Assembly: GCA_024704765.1 (NCBI GenBank)
Contig: JAKMXF010000099.1
Coordinates: 796,419 to 860,418, forward strand
Source: Oopsacas minuta
Lineage: Eukaryota > Animalia > Porifera
Length of the DNA stretch: 64,000 nt
Direction of reading: 5' to 3'
The notes beneath the pieces were generated by a model. That model worked only from the letters and a program-made list of their open reading frames with translations. It searched no databases and was not told where the DNA came from. Made by a program: the position numbers and the translations under genes. Position 1 is the first letter of the stretch. Each line of letters opens with the position of its first letter. Shown here piece by piece: positions 49,515 through 62,565 of this stretch.

Positions 49515-50287
49515 TGTTTTATGTGCCACTTTAGACACATTTTGAAGATGTTTACATGCATATAACCCATCCAGTTTGAATCGAAACGAATTTAATGTCA
49601 ATATTAGTAATCAGCGAGAGATTTTACGTCGTTTGAGTGGTCTCTCGAATATGTTACACAGGAATGTGGCCACACTATCCATTCTCAAAATTTATCCAAA
49701 ACCTATCGAGTGATGCCTTGTTCGACGCCGCTAGCCTAGTTGAGTCTGGTTATGCTCATACAGACCCTCTCAATTATCATTAAATACGAATTTTAGTTAC
49801 AGCCCCATAGAACTAATACAAAATATATGTGTGAGCCTCCTGGATCGGTCCAATTTTTTGGAAAGTCCGGTGCCCCTGATTGAAGATTATCGCATTTGCA
49901 TCGAGATAAACGATATTCTATGTCGTGTGAAGTAGGTTGATTGTCTCAAACTATCACATTTATTGATTTGTGGCAATCAACCATAAAATCTTATTCAAGA
50001 TCATTTAGAGGGTCTGTATGTGCATAACTAGACTCAGCTAGCCTAGCGGCGTTGTACAAGGGGTCACTCGATAGGTTTAGGACAATTTGAGAATAAAATC
50101 TTGCCACATTCCTGAGACATTCTTGTGTTGCTATGGAAAAAATTTTCCAGAACATATTCGACTTAAGATACGTAATATCTTTCGCTGATTACTAATATTG
50201 ACACTAAAAAAATCGTTTCGATTCAAACTGGATGAGTTATTTGCATGTAAACACCTTCAAAATGTGTCTAAAGTGGCACATAAAACA
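49515..50287. mobile_element. foldback-type MITE with ~260-bp inverted arms
   Basis: 49515-49770 is reverse-complementary to 50007-50287. A related partial copy lies at ~46930-47060. Confidence 0.8.
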
Positions 50288-50828
50288 AAAATCTAACGAT
50301 TCTATAGTGGGGTTTCCAATTTTGTATTAGGTTTCTATGAAATGACCTGGAATTATGCAGTATTTGTAGACCCAAAATCGTGAGAGTTGAGGACTGAATT
50401 TGTCCAAGCCTAACTCCAGGTCAAACTGGCGAGCATTCTTTGAAAGTATTGCCAATATATATATATATCTCAGGGCCAGATTTGTATCATAGTAGGCCTG
50501 ACGCACTTTTGTTACTAAGATTACTTATAAGACTTACACTCGGCGAATACTTACTATCTCTTTCATAAAAAAAATTAGTTCCCATTCATTTTAATACAAT
50601 TCTTATTCTTATATGACGTATACTATGATAGTAGGTATTTATTTATTTGTGTTCCCGAAGGGTTACGTCTTATCCGAGTTCCACTGTATATCTTTTAGGC
50701 CCCATACTTTCATGGCCACTAACCTTTCGTAGGCCTGAAGAACAGTGTCTCTAGTGCCCTATGGATAATATTGCCCTGATATAACGCCGATGCTTGAACA
50801 TATTATTCTAAGCTTTTCACTTGTTTAG

Positions 50829-51149
50829 GTGGCTCATCAAATAACCAATTCTGTATGGAATACAACAGGTGAAATAAAATATACAATACAGACCCATACA
50901 GACCAATTTAGGTGGGGCTACCTGGAAGTCCTAGCCAGAGGAATGAAGCACACATCTATAAACAACGATTGGATTTTATTCCACCTACAAAAGGGATCCG
51001 CAGATGTATACCTTGATGGTGAATATATCACAACATTAAATTCCTTAGGGGATTCAGTACTTATACCCCCAGGATCAACCTATCAACTTAAGAACATAAC
51101 AAGACAAAGTTGTTTCATGACATACACAATCATTATACCTATGCTGTAA
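50829..51149 (+). CDS. last exon: cupin domain resembling the CENP-C/Mif2 C-terminal dimerisation domain
   Basis: Acceptor ttttcacttgtttag|GTG (phase 0). FRWGYLEV...K...ILFHLQKGSADVYL...LNSLGDSVLIPPGSTYQLKN fits the CENP-C cupin pattern (F.TG.L.L...K...VFYV..G......L.TGDSFYVP.GN.Y.I.N). Confidence 0.7.
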   Translation: MAHQITNSVWNTTGEIKYTIQTHTDQFRWGYLEVLARGMKHTSINNDWILFHLQKGSADVYLDGEYITTLNSLGDSVLIPPGSTYQLKNITRQSCFMTYTIIIPML

Positions 51150-51496
51150 TGCTTTGTTTGTTATTATCAGTTAATTCAGTGCTTCTCAACCAGGGGGATA
51201 TCTTCCCATTGGGGGGGATGACAATACCGAAGAGGGGGATACATATTCGGAGAGAACCATCTATACCTGGGGTGTGCGTAAATAATTTAGTCAGAGGAGG
51301 CTCTTCGCTATCGCTACTTATTTTACATCTTTGTATTCAATTCCTCGCTCTTTTAAAAAGCCTTTTGCATCACACGTCAATAAAGTTAGTACTAAGATAT
51401 CATTATTGTTAATACTTTGTAAGGGTTCGAAAAGATGGCATGCATCTGACAAATATAAATTGCTTTTGTATGACAATAAATACTATGTATTCAATT

Positions 51497-52167
51497 CAGG
51501 GGCGGCGCTAGCTTCATTTCTCCAGGGGGGCACAAGGGGAACTAAACCGCCAAGACGGGGGCAACTTAGTTTACAATAGAGTTACATAAGGACCACCCGA
51601 CAGGCCAGGCCCTGCTGTTCTAATCTTCTGAGTAGTAGTAATACTTATATACATACTTTTAGATTTAGCGTCCTCAAAAATAATGAATAATAATTTATAG
51701 TCACCACTTACAATATTTTAATGAAATGTGTCTAAGAAATTCCTTGAATTATCCAACGAAAAAATATGGCACCATAGTGCTAAATCACGGACGATATATA
51801 TTTATACGCTAAATGTGTCTATTAATATTTTGACACATGAATACTCTAGAATATTTAAAATTTACTTATGGCGAACTTTTTCGTCCCTACCTCCAATAAG
51901 AGGATGTGCATTAATAAGCCTCCTGGGCCAGATGACCTTAGCTAGGATCCAGATTTCCAACCAATGCAACCAATTCTTGCTAATTCCCTACCACAGATGG
52001 TCGTAGGTTTCAGCCCACCTGGTATGAAAAACATAATTGGCTGGAATACTCCCTATCTTAATGAAAATTCGTACAATGTAACAATACCCATGCGACCCTA
52101 AGCTGTTGTTTAATTTTGTCAGGGGAGGCAGTTGCCCCCCCCACTCAGTATGCTGGCACCGCCACTG
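51497..52167. mobile_element. hAT MITE with perfect 8-bp TSD
   Basis: TIR caggggcggcgctagc / gctggcaccgccactg, flanked by attcaatt on both sides. Confidence 0.92.
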
Positions 52168-52259
52168 ATTCAATTGTGAATACGTAATCGGTGTGTGAAT
52201 TCCAATAATGTGAATAATATGGCATCCAATCGCTTTTCGGACGTTCCATCAATCCCTAA

Positions 52260-52830
52260 TACCTGCTAACCCTGATGGATATGTCACTGGAAGATATGAT
52301 GGACTTAGACAACATACTAGTAGACGAGGTGTTATATTTACAGGAAAATGAGGAGGCATGAAGCTAAATATTTTGTGCTAACAAACTAAATTTCGGTTTT
52401 TAGTGAAGGGGCTAGCACCAAATCTTTTCCAAACGGCTGAAAGATTGCTTTTGGTTCCATTTCCAACAACATATTTTTGTGAGACAACGTTTTCTTCAGC
52501 AAATTTTCTTAGGTCAAAACACCACAGGCGACTTGAATTCAGAGAAGATTTAAGGGTACAATTATTGAAGATTGAGCTAGAGATTTCTAAAATCTGTCAA
52601 GAAACAAAAAAGTTACAGCAATTCTAGTTTATAAGCCAAGTCAATGAGGAAATTGCAACTTCATTGAAGCAAATATTTTACAATAATAGTGTTGCAAATA
52701 GCATAGTAGTGTGCATACAATACTACAACATACCTAATTAGCATTCCAATGGCTAAGTAATTTGTGTTACCAATTAATCATTCTCTTAAATCTAAGTAAA
52801 TAGACATATTTAGTAAACATACAATCTGCA
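52260..52830 (+). mobile_element. Charlie/Buster-type hAT 3' remnant
   Basis: LLVPFPTTYFCETTFSS...RLEFREDLRVQL..IE.EISKIC. Segment 52555-52830 recurs inverted at ~56215-56510. A Charlie-like TIR cagtgcttctcaac lies at ~51177. Confidence 0.75.
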
Positions 52831-52977
52831 ATGATGATATTCAGTTAATTAACTACTTATCAAGAGATTATTTAGTAACTACTTGAACTTTAAATAGAGA
52901 CAGTTGTTAGTTCTATTCCCCGGGTATCACATCTTCTAATAATCTCGAGCGATTCTTTTTCATTTGATTAATATAAA

Positions 52978-53107
52978 GCCCACTATACACAATGCAACTA
53001 TGTTGTACCATGTATTATAGGATGGTATACACAAAATTTTGCATCGTGTGTATTGATCGTTGCATGCAAAAATGTTGCACATAAATATTGTTGCATGTGT
53101 AGGGGGC
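52978..53107. mobile_element. small PIF/Harbinger-like MITE
   Basis: gcccactatacacaatgcaac / gttgcatgtgtagggggc, with internal ttgca repeats. Confidence 0.55.
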
Positions 53108-53471
53108 TTAAAACAAAGCTTTCAATGAAATTTTAGAAATTTATCAAATCATACTATAACACAGGACACCTTTTACACTTGCATGAAACTTCTATTGCAA
53201 CCGATTTGCATAGATGTGTATAAGAGACAGGAAACTTTATTTCATGGTATGCATATTTTTTGGTTGTTTGTCTGGAATTGATTGAGGAACTTGTAAGAAC
53301 TAATGACTTTATTTTGCATGGGGTTGTGGGATACTATATCTAGCAACTTTGGGGATAACTAATGCAAGAGTTTCTTTGTGAATCAATTCAAATTGTATTA
53401 GCAAAATAAAGTATTGGGTTCACTGACTAAGGCCGAAAATTCTAGCAAAATTCCCATATTAAGGAAACTGG

Positions 53472-53660
53472 AATAAGGACGAAAATTATTCATTACTCCA
53501 GTAACAAGCAGCCTTATAACAAAGTCCGTTAAAGCCTCTGCGTCTTACAGTTCAGGGGCTGCTTGCTACTGGACCCCCTGAACTGTAGGACAAGGAGGCT
53601 TTCACGTACTTGGTTATACAGCTGTTTGCTATTAGAGTAAGAATAATTTTCGGACTTAGT
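53472..53660. repeat. ~190-bp imperfect palindrome (hairpin MITE)
   Basis: cgaaaattattcattactcc...ttacagttcagggg pairs with ccccctgaactgtagg...agagtaagaataattttcg around a ~15-nt loop. Confidence 0.8.
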
Positions 53661-54184
53661 CATGTTTCAAAATATAGAGTAATACAAAAGGTTAAATTCA
53701 ATATTATAATCTATAGGAAAGACAAAGAACCTATATGAATGAGTAAATATACCCTTCAGTGAATTATAATAAATAAGAATGAACCGCTTTCAGCATATTC
53801 TAAGTATTCCTTTACAAGTTAGAGATGGTTATCTGCCATGCGTGTTGGAACAAACTCATAACATCATAAAACGAATGAATTATAATGGGTTGTTGATGAA
53901 TTATATTGTTCATCATACGAATTATTTGCATTTGTATAGTTTTTAACATTTTTAAATGGATGTTTATACTTTTTCTTGCATGTTAATGTAGTATGACTTT
54001 TTCATGGTTGAAAAAGTAACAATTGATTTTTCTATCTGAGTGATAAAAAGCAAATCAATAGTGTGGATCATCTCCAAGTAGACAGATCTAAGCAATCTCT
54101 ATAAATATTAACAATATATTTCGATATCAGAAATACAACTGCATATCATTTCAAACTTATTTTTTCTCGATTGTCGCAATTTTC

Positions 54185-55124
54185 ATGGCTACTCCCGTAT
54201 TTAGACCTGTAATAATGACTACATCTTTTCCGTTCGTTGATGAGATTGGATTGAAGGAATTATTCTTAAGGATTACCATCAATCGTGACAATTGTATCGA
54301 TTGGTTGAGGGTTCACGGATTATTAGCAAGAGGTATGAGATGTAAATGCGGGCAAACATGTCGGAAGGCGTATTTTCTAAGGTGCACGAAGGGAGAGGTT
54401 GGAGATGTCCTGAAAATGGTTGCAAGAAATTTGCATCCCTACGAGTAGGATCATTCTTTGAGGGATCCAATATTCCTCTTACTCAGTTGGTGGAATTTTT
54501 GTATTTTTGGGCAGAAGGAGTACAAAGTACACATTTCTTAACCCTAAATCCTAAGTGGTCTCCAAACACCATCACGGATTGGAAAAATTTCTTTAGGGAT
54601 ATCTGTGTGAAGAAGTACCTCTCTAATCCCGAACCAATCGGAGGGCATGGGCACATCGTTGAGATCAATGAAAGCAAATTTGGGAAAAGAAAGTACCATC
54701 GAGGAAGGCAACTATCAGGAAATGGGTGTTTGGTGGGATTGATAGAGTGACCAAAGAAGCTTTCATGGTCACAGTTGAAGATAGATCAGCTTCTACTTTG
54801 ATTCCCATTATAGAACAATATATCAAACCGGGTACTATTATTCTATGCGATGAATGGGCTTCATACAATCTTATTCCACCAGCTACGTTTACCCATTTGA
54901 CTGTTAATCACAGTATCCAGTTTGTGGTCCCTGGGACAGAGATTCATACATAAACAATAGAAAGCACTTGGGGTCAAGCCAAGAAAAAGATGAGAAATTC
55001 CATGACCACCAATCCCGAGCTCCTGGGTACATACCTCGCTGAATATTGCTGGAGAAAGAAATATGGTGACAATCCATTTCACAACTTGATAATAGAAATA
55101 CGAAACCAATATACTGTTACTTAG
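54185..55124 (+). mobile_element. Merlin transposase pseudogene, second diverged copy
   Basis: WL..HGLL....CKCG, GWRCP..GCKKFAS.R.GSFF, IVEINESKFGKRKYHRGR, VFGGIDR, CDEWASY and IESTWG; frameshifted. Confidence 0.88.
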
Positions 55125-55452
55125 ATACAATCTCTTGCATGCTAATTACTAGTTTTCATAGTTGCTAGATATTTACATGAGAATCAAAATAATTATAGTT
55201 GTTCAAACATTGGAACCAGCCATGGGCTCAAACCATTTAAAAGTAGTTTATTTGACAATATTTTACACAGTTACTATTTGATATTGTTCCAAATTTGTTC
55301 CGTCGATAGCGAGTAGAATGGCATTGTTTGCTGTATATCACACAATAGAGATCCTTTTGTTGGTAAAATGACAGGCGAAAATCCGTTTGAAATTTGCATA
55401 GATTTGTTGGTAAAATGCAGCATTCCCAAATATACTCAATTAAATACTGTTA

Positions 55453-56194
55453 CAGTGGAAGCCGCTTAATCGGGACAGCTCGGGAGTCAATGTTTTGTCC
55501 CCATTAACCGATTATGATTATTTAATTATTTAAAACTAGGTTTTCATTGTCACATAACCAGATATATCTTATTTCTATACCGCTAAGCCTGATTTATCTA
55601 GGTCTAGTAGAGATTTGGTTGTAGTATGGGTATAGTTCCGCTTCAAGAGGTCATAGAATGCGTTACGATATATACTTAAAAAGTAAGAAAATACAGTTTA
55701 AATAATTATGCATGTGCTTATTACTGTAACCCATGCAAAACGTTTGGATATCCAACAGTGTGGTCAGTATTGATGGAATTATACATGGTGAAATAGCAAA
55801 TGGAACCTGAGGCGACTGAGCAATGTTAATAATCTTAGCTTAGTATATGGTAATCGCATCGGTGTTGTATTGTTATAGTTGTAGAGAATATTCAAATTCC
55901 TAGTTTTAAAACAAACCATTTTACAATGATTCTGAATAAATATACAATCGTTAAATTGGGATAAAAATCCCAATTAAGCGAATACAATTCATATCCGGTT
56001 AATCGGGATAAGAAATCCTAATAACTGATTATGAACTTTCGAAATATTCGGGTAATCGGGATAAAAAATTCCGATTAACCGATTCAATGTCCCAATTATC
56101 CGACCATTATTCTATGTAAAATCTCTTCCCAAACCATTGTTCTGTTTAAGCGGATATCCCGATTATCCGAGTCCCGATTAAGTGGCTTCCACTG
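55453..56194. mobile_element. pogo/Tigger-type MITE
   Basis: TIR cagtggaagccgcttaatcgggac / gtcccgattaagtggcttccactg with TA TSD and subterminal taatcgggat repeats. Confidence 0.92.
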
Positions 56195-57425
56195 TATTCC
56201 ATTCTATAGTTATAACTATTGAATAATATGAAAATATTGCAGATTGTATGTTTACTAAATATGTTTATTTACTTGGAGATTTAAGAGGATGATTAATAGG
56301 TAACACAAATTACTTAGACATTGGAATGCTAATTAGGTATGTTGTAGTATTGTATACACACTACTATGCTATTTGCAACACTATTATTGTAATATATTTG
56401 GCTTCAATGAAGTTGCAATTTTCCCCATAGACTTTGGCTTATAAGCTAGAATTGCTGTAACTTTTTTGTTTCCTGACAGATTTTAGAAATCTCTAGCTCA
56501 ATCTTCATCTCTCAACATGCTCTATAACGGCTCATATAGCGATTTTTATCATCTTGCAAAATGTTGGGGGTGTAACATTCTATAAATGTACCCGGAAATG
56601 TTGTAATTATAGTCAGTCATTAATCTGTAAACCCCTAAGGGTTTTTCAAGAATCGTTTTGTAGAAATCCTGCCTAAACGTAAGTATCACTGCTTGTTAAA
56701 TGGTTAATGATTCTTGGTATAACTAGACAAGTGCGAATTAAGCTGGTAAATATTTTGTGAACTAAGTTTTCCAGCTCTACCACTACAACTATAGCTCTTC
56801 CAATCCTGAAGCCAAGATGCAAAATTTGAAAAGAACAAAACGATCATCTTCAAGCTAGAAAACTTTGAATCAGGGTCGCGTAGTCATATATCTTTCCCTT
56901 GACTATGAATGTTACACATCTTCCAAAATCTTGTGATGAGAGAAATAAATTTAAGTTGATTGAGCCTTTTTCCGGATACCGATGTCTCGCTACTTATTTG
57001 ATTGGGCAATTTTAATTATTATTTTTAATTAAATTATTCCCCTTAAATTTTATGAAATCTGTCCTTATAGCATCCCAGTTGTTGTTCAGATTACTGTAAA
57101 GCCGTTCAAAGTATTTCCTCTATATTCATTGAGTCGTGACCTTCTTTAAAAAGGCCTATTCACAACTTTATAATTTTGGACCATGAATGAGACCGAAGTC
57201 CATGATTCTATAATTAGTTAACTCTAAATTAATCTTATCAGATGGTCACTACACCACTTATAATACTTCTCGTTTAGCACAAGTAAAATAAAGCTAAAAG
57301 TAAACTAACAACTTGGAATAACACAAATAAGAATATGTATTAATATAATCCTAGTAACTAGTTAGACTTCAATTTCTTTAACTTGCGAAAATTATCAGTG
57401 CTTTTAGTGCGTTCATATTATTTGT

Positions 57426-60400
57426 TTAATTCGACAGGATACAATTAGAAGTAACTGTATCCAATTTCCGAAATATCTTCCAACCAATAACTCCACAACC
57501 TGGACATGTATATCTCCATGTTTCGCTCTGCTGTAGTTCAACCTGAATAACAGTCAATTCTACAAGTATTGGAAGAGATGGTCCACTGATAAAGTCATTC
57601 CATAATTCACTACTGTTCTCTATCTTCCTGATGGTTGACCATACAGTCAGAATCGCATCAGTTACTTTATTTGAAGACCATTTCAGTGATCCACGGTCTA
57701 TGATTTGCACAAGCTTATACCTCGAATCAGGAGGTTCTTCAACTTGCGATTCCTTTTCTTCTGTAAAAAGAGACGACACTCACTGAAGTTTTAAGACTTT
57801 AAGAGGTATTTATGAACAGCGTATCCAGCTATGAATACAATAGACTGTAGAGTATTAAATCTGTATCAATATCATCACTTGTAGTCAGCTGTGTTAGATA
57901 AGATTCCAAGTTAAGAGAAGTATCTAAGTGATAATTAACAGAAGAAAACGAATCCAAGAATTCTTTAAAATTATATGACGTAAACTTGTGAAAGTCTGTG
58001 TGGTTAATTTGCCGGATTTCTCAGGAAAAGTTTTCTATTGATCAAGCCAGTCTACAATTCTCCTGAGGTATTGTAATCTAGAATCGTTGTTGACTAATGG
58101 ATAAGACAGTTCATCCTTTAACCGAATCCTTTTATTCGGAGTGTTGATATTGAAAATTTTCCAAATGTTTGAAATTATAGTAATAAAATCAACAGTATTG
58201 GTCTTAAATTTGACCCGTGAATTATCCTGAATAGTTAATGCAGCAACAGTTGATTCATTAAATTCTCGATGAGCTAAACTAACACTGACGTTCTAGAGTG
58301 GATGACGAGCATGATTTTACAGTGAGACGATGAGTTTAGCTACAGAGTTTTGCTCACTGCGATATATGAGACGAATGTCTTCAAAGAGGGCCCTCCTAAC
58401 CTGGCTAAAGTCCTCAAAGTTAGGGTAGAAAAGTACGATTGAAATTATGCTGAGTCATCCAATTATTGCGGATGCTCTTTAGTATGTGTACAAAATCGAA
58501 AAGTAACACTACGAGGTGAACGCATGTGGAATGACAGTCTCTGATATGCTAATTGGCGAAAATAGCTTGAATAGAGACACATTTATGGAGAATTATCCGT
58601 GCAAATGGCCTCAACCATTAAATTGCAATTCTCGATATCATTGATAACTGATTTGATTGTTGGATACAGTTCTTTCGCTGATCATCTGGAACAAGGAATT
58701 AGTCGAACTATAGTTGACCATTTCTTGCAGAGACTTGAAACCATTATCTCGAAAACAGTTTTTGCAGAATAATCTGGTTGCATAGATGCCCCGATTATCT
58801 TACCACCTTTATAAGTATACTCAGACTTTACATGAACCTCATCCATCTGCATAATTACACACCGTTCCATAAAATTGAAGTCTATGATTGATTGTTGAAG
58901 AAAGCATGTAAATTCACTGTCTAAACCAATGTTAGAGTATAATCGTTGAAGAGTTTAGTGATAAGGTAAAGAAATACAGTCCAGAGCAGGGTTGGGTTTT
59001 GGACGGACAGTAGGAAAAAACCTGTTTTTACCGGCCAAAACTGGTCAAAACCGGGCAATACTGGTCAATTCTATACCCTTCAATATTAAGAATACATATA
59101 TAACTTGTTGATATCTTATTTTGATTTGGTAATATACTATTGACACTGGCTTACAATGAAACTGTAAAGTGATCATAAAATGTGTGGTTTCAACCAATTA
59201 ATATACAAGTAAAGTATTCGTACATATATATTTTCTAAACGGCTATAATTATCCAAAGTATTTGTGATATTATAGAAATTGAATACTATCGTGCAGATTG
59301 TATATGTACTTACTCAAATTGACCAGTTTGAAATGGCACAAGGAGGAAGGCCCATTGTTTCAGTATGGAAAATTTTCATCAAAGTTGAAGATGGTGGAAA
59401 AATACGAGCGAAGTGTGTAAAATGTAGTGCTATGATCAGCGCAAAGGCTGGGAGGCTTAGAACTCATCTTGAAAAATGCTCTCAAAGCGAACTCCAAAAT
59501 AAATTTCGTAAAGACGACCTTCCTGAAATATTAGTACCTTTTAACAGTAGTGGCTCACTATACCACCAGAAAAACGTGTATATCATAAGATCATTCAATC
59601 CAAGTTGAATGATTTCACAATAAAGACCAGCTCTCACCAGAAAGAAATTCTCGACAATCAAATTGCTCGCTTATTTTATGCTTGTAATCTTCCGTTAAAC
59701 CTCGCTGAGAATGACGTATTCAAAAAGGCAATTTTTATGCTTAGACTTGGTTATACACCTCCTACGAGGAAAAGTCTAGCTGGAGGTCTTCTTGACAAGA
59801 TATTTAATGAAGTAACCACCATGACTGCTTCAGCTCTGGAAGGCAGGGATGTTTCTCTAGTACAGGATGGATGGAGTGACATACACAACTCCCCTGTAAT
59901 TTCCCATTGTGTACATTCAGGAGAAATATCTTATTTTCTGATTTCTGTTGACGCTGGATCAAACAAGAAAATTGCTACTTATTGTACTTCTTTAGCTATC
60001 GAAGCGTCCAAAGAAGTAACTGATAAATTTGGGTGTAAAGTTGTTGCTGTCGTTATTGACAATGAACAAAAAATGCAGTAAATGCGCTTAAAGTTGAAAT
60101 TGCTTGACAGCTCACTTTCATTATACGGCTGTGCATCGCATTTATTGAACCTGTTGGGGAAGGATATCACCCCTTCGCAAATTATTTCTCATATTATAGA
60201 GATAATTAAATATTTTCGCAACCATCACAATCCTGGAGCCCTCCTATCTACAAAAGGGATCCCTTAAGCCTCAATTACCAGTCGTGACACGATGGAATAG
60301 TCAATTGGAGGGTATCAAGACATGCCTGACAAATAGGCCTTTCCTTTTGAACATTCTGGCACAATATGAAGATGTTATCGACTTGTCTATTGTAAATCTA

Positions 60401-61560
60401 GCCAACAACGTTGGCCTTTATCGTGAGGCTAAAAATCTTTATGACCAACTCAAACCGATTGCAACATCATTGGACAAGTTACAAGGGGAAAAGTCTAACG
60501 TTCCAGATTCTTGCGAAGAGTGGAAGAAATTTTTTCCAGTTAAACGAGCTAAAAAGTCACCTAGGCAAAATTCAGAAACGATTCAAACAAGCAACCACAA
60601 CTACTCACTTCCTAGCCAACATGATCAATCCGAAGTACATGGGGCAGAGGCTTTCATGTGAACAACAGGAAGAAGCGAGGGATTTGCTTATTCAACTAAA
60701 TGCTTCTCTTTTTTGCCGCAACTTTATCAGTTTCAGGCAAAAGAAACACCATTTCCCGCATCTATATTTGAATGTACAGATGTATTAGATCCAGTAACTT
60801 GGTGGAAGGCCATTAAAAAATCGAAAAACTTAGTAGCTCATGAGCTTTGTGGTATAGCTATCAATATATTAATCCTACCGTCAAGTTCCGCAAGTATTGA
60901 AAGGATTTTCTTGAATTTTGGTTTAATTCAAACCGAACTACAGACAGATTGAGAATCGATAAAGCGAGCAAATTAGTAGCTTGTTACAGAGAATTGAGAG
61001 GATGTCAAGAATAAGAGTGGTAACGAATATAGGTTAATTAAACATCAATGTATTGTCATATTTTTCTTACTATCAACAAGTATTTATTCAGCATATTAAA
61101 TATACAAGTAACATGCATTAGCATTACAATTAGATTTTGACCAGTTTTATCCAGTCAGGAGGTTTTGGACAGGACGGTTTTTACCACTATGGTTTTACCA
61201 CATGAACAAAACCTGCCAATCCTGGTCCAGAGATTGAAGATATCGGTCGCATGCTGGCGAAATTAACTAACATATAAGTGCCAACACAAGATTGATAAGA
61301 TTGTACCTTCGGTGGAGGTTTTCTAATTGGTTGGTGGTGAATTGTGGATGAGGTAAAATATTCCTTTGCATTTGATCGGTCGATTCACTGACTGCAGGTA
61401 TAGAAGTGCTGTCGAGGTTATTCCCTTCTTAGAGGTTACTGAGTGCGATACGTAGCTGATTAGTGGCATTAGAAATTAACTGTTGTTGTGTTAAGCTATC
61501 AGATACTTCCACAATACTTTCAAGTGTCTCTAGCAGATCTTCAATTTGTCTGACATCAGA
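57426..61560 (-). mobile_element. P-element-family (THAP9-like) transposase pseudogene, split by a hAT insertion
   Basis: SPACDRYLQSL|DCISLP joins across the hAT. Also CVIMQMDEVHVKSEYTYKGGKIIG, AKTVFEIMVSSL, NESTVAAL and WKIFNINTP. Confidence 0.82.
58987..61224 (+). mobile_element. hAT transposon (BED finger, DDE), full length but frameshifted, with perfect TSD
   Basis: TIR cagggttggg / gccaatcctg, with gtccagag on both sides. Motifs VWKIF..AKCVKC..RLRTHLEKC, QDGWSD, VVIDN, GCASHLLNL, TRWNS and SSASIERIF. Confidence 0.95.
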
Positions 61561-62306
61561 TATAGTATTTAGATTTTAGAGGCAATATAACTTGTTTATT
61601 GTGCGCAAAGGCACTGACTACTTAAGATTCATTGATGGAGAGAGAATATTCTATAGTTGGTACCGAATCCAATATTCTGAGCTTGATGAAATATATGGAC
61701 ACACTAGAATGCCACAAAATCCTATCCTTAGGCAGTCTTGCAGGATTTATTTTATCTTGCAAGTCTTATATATGTTAGAAATAGCAATCTGGAGAAAGAT
61801 AATGCGAAGTACATAATAGCAAAGTAATCGAACAATCATGCTTAGAATCGAAAAAATTGTTATTATTATTTGCATTAATATCAAGCGATAAATAAACATT
61901 ATGGTTTAATATGATCAATAGATTTAATCAACCCATAATAATTAAAAGAAAAGGTTTATATAGTTTGCCATGTCTATTATTTATGGGTCAACAGTAAAAC
62001 GGACTTCGGTCTCATCCATGATTCAAATTATAAAGTTGTTAATAGGGCTTTTATAACGAAGGTCACGATTGAGTATATTTTCAGAAGTTACGTCAATCTA
62101 ATAATTCGAAACAACTGATAATGTTTATACACTAATTCGAATGTAAACTTCAAGTAATCAGCATCAAGTTCTGGTATCTGTAAACATCGAAGTCAATATG
62201 CTTCAAATTTCAATAAATATGATAGCTCACTTCAAGTGTTCAGAACAGTGTTTCTTAAACAAATTATTTATCTATTTTATTGTATTATTTGATTCTTTTA
62301 TTCGCT

Positions 62307-62565
62307 ATGGCAGAGCCTCCTGATCAACCGTTCAGCTTGATCAGGACGAACAGAGGAGGCAACAAGATGATGGAGGGAGGAGGATTAGGGATGTGGTGCA
62401 TTGGCAGTACGAAGAGAGGGGAACTTGGAAGGCAAGAATTCACACAAAAAATACAGAGATAGTAAAGCGCTCGAGCGAACATACTCATGCGCCTGACGAG
62501 CAGGCTGTGAACTGCTGCGTGACAAAGGTGGGCATCAAGAGGAAAGCGCGGGAGTATATTACAAG
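62307..62565 (+). pseudogene. 5' fragment of a FLYWCH-MULE transposase
   Basis: FSLIRTNRGGNK..EGG, then (frameshift) HWQYEERGTWKARIHT...HTHAPD, a FLYWCH-type finger. Confidence 0.7.

Noticed and set aside
50471-51614. cagggcc...ggccctg as the ends of one hAT MITE capturing the cupin exon
   Set aside because: The flanks share no 8-bp TSD, and the right motif lies inside the separate 51497-52167 element.
40953-55124. IS1595/ISXO2 similarity as bacterial contamination or recent HGT
   Set aside because: Merlin is the established eukaryotic branch of this family, and the copies are decayed and embedded among eukaryotic TEs and spliced genes.
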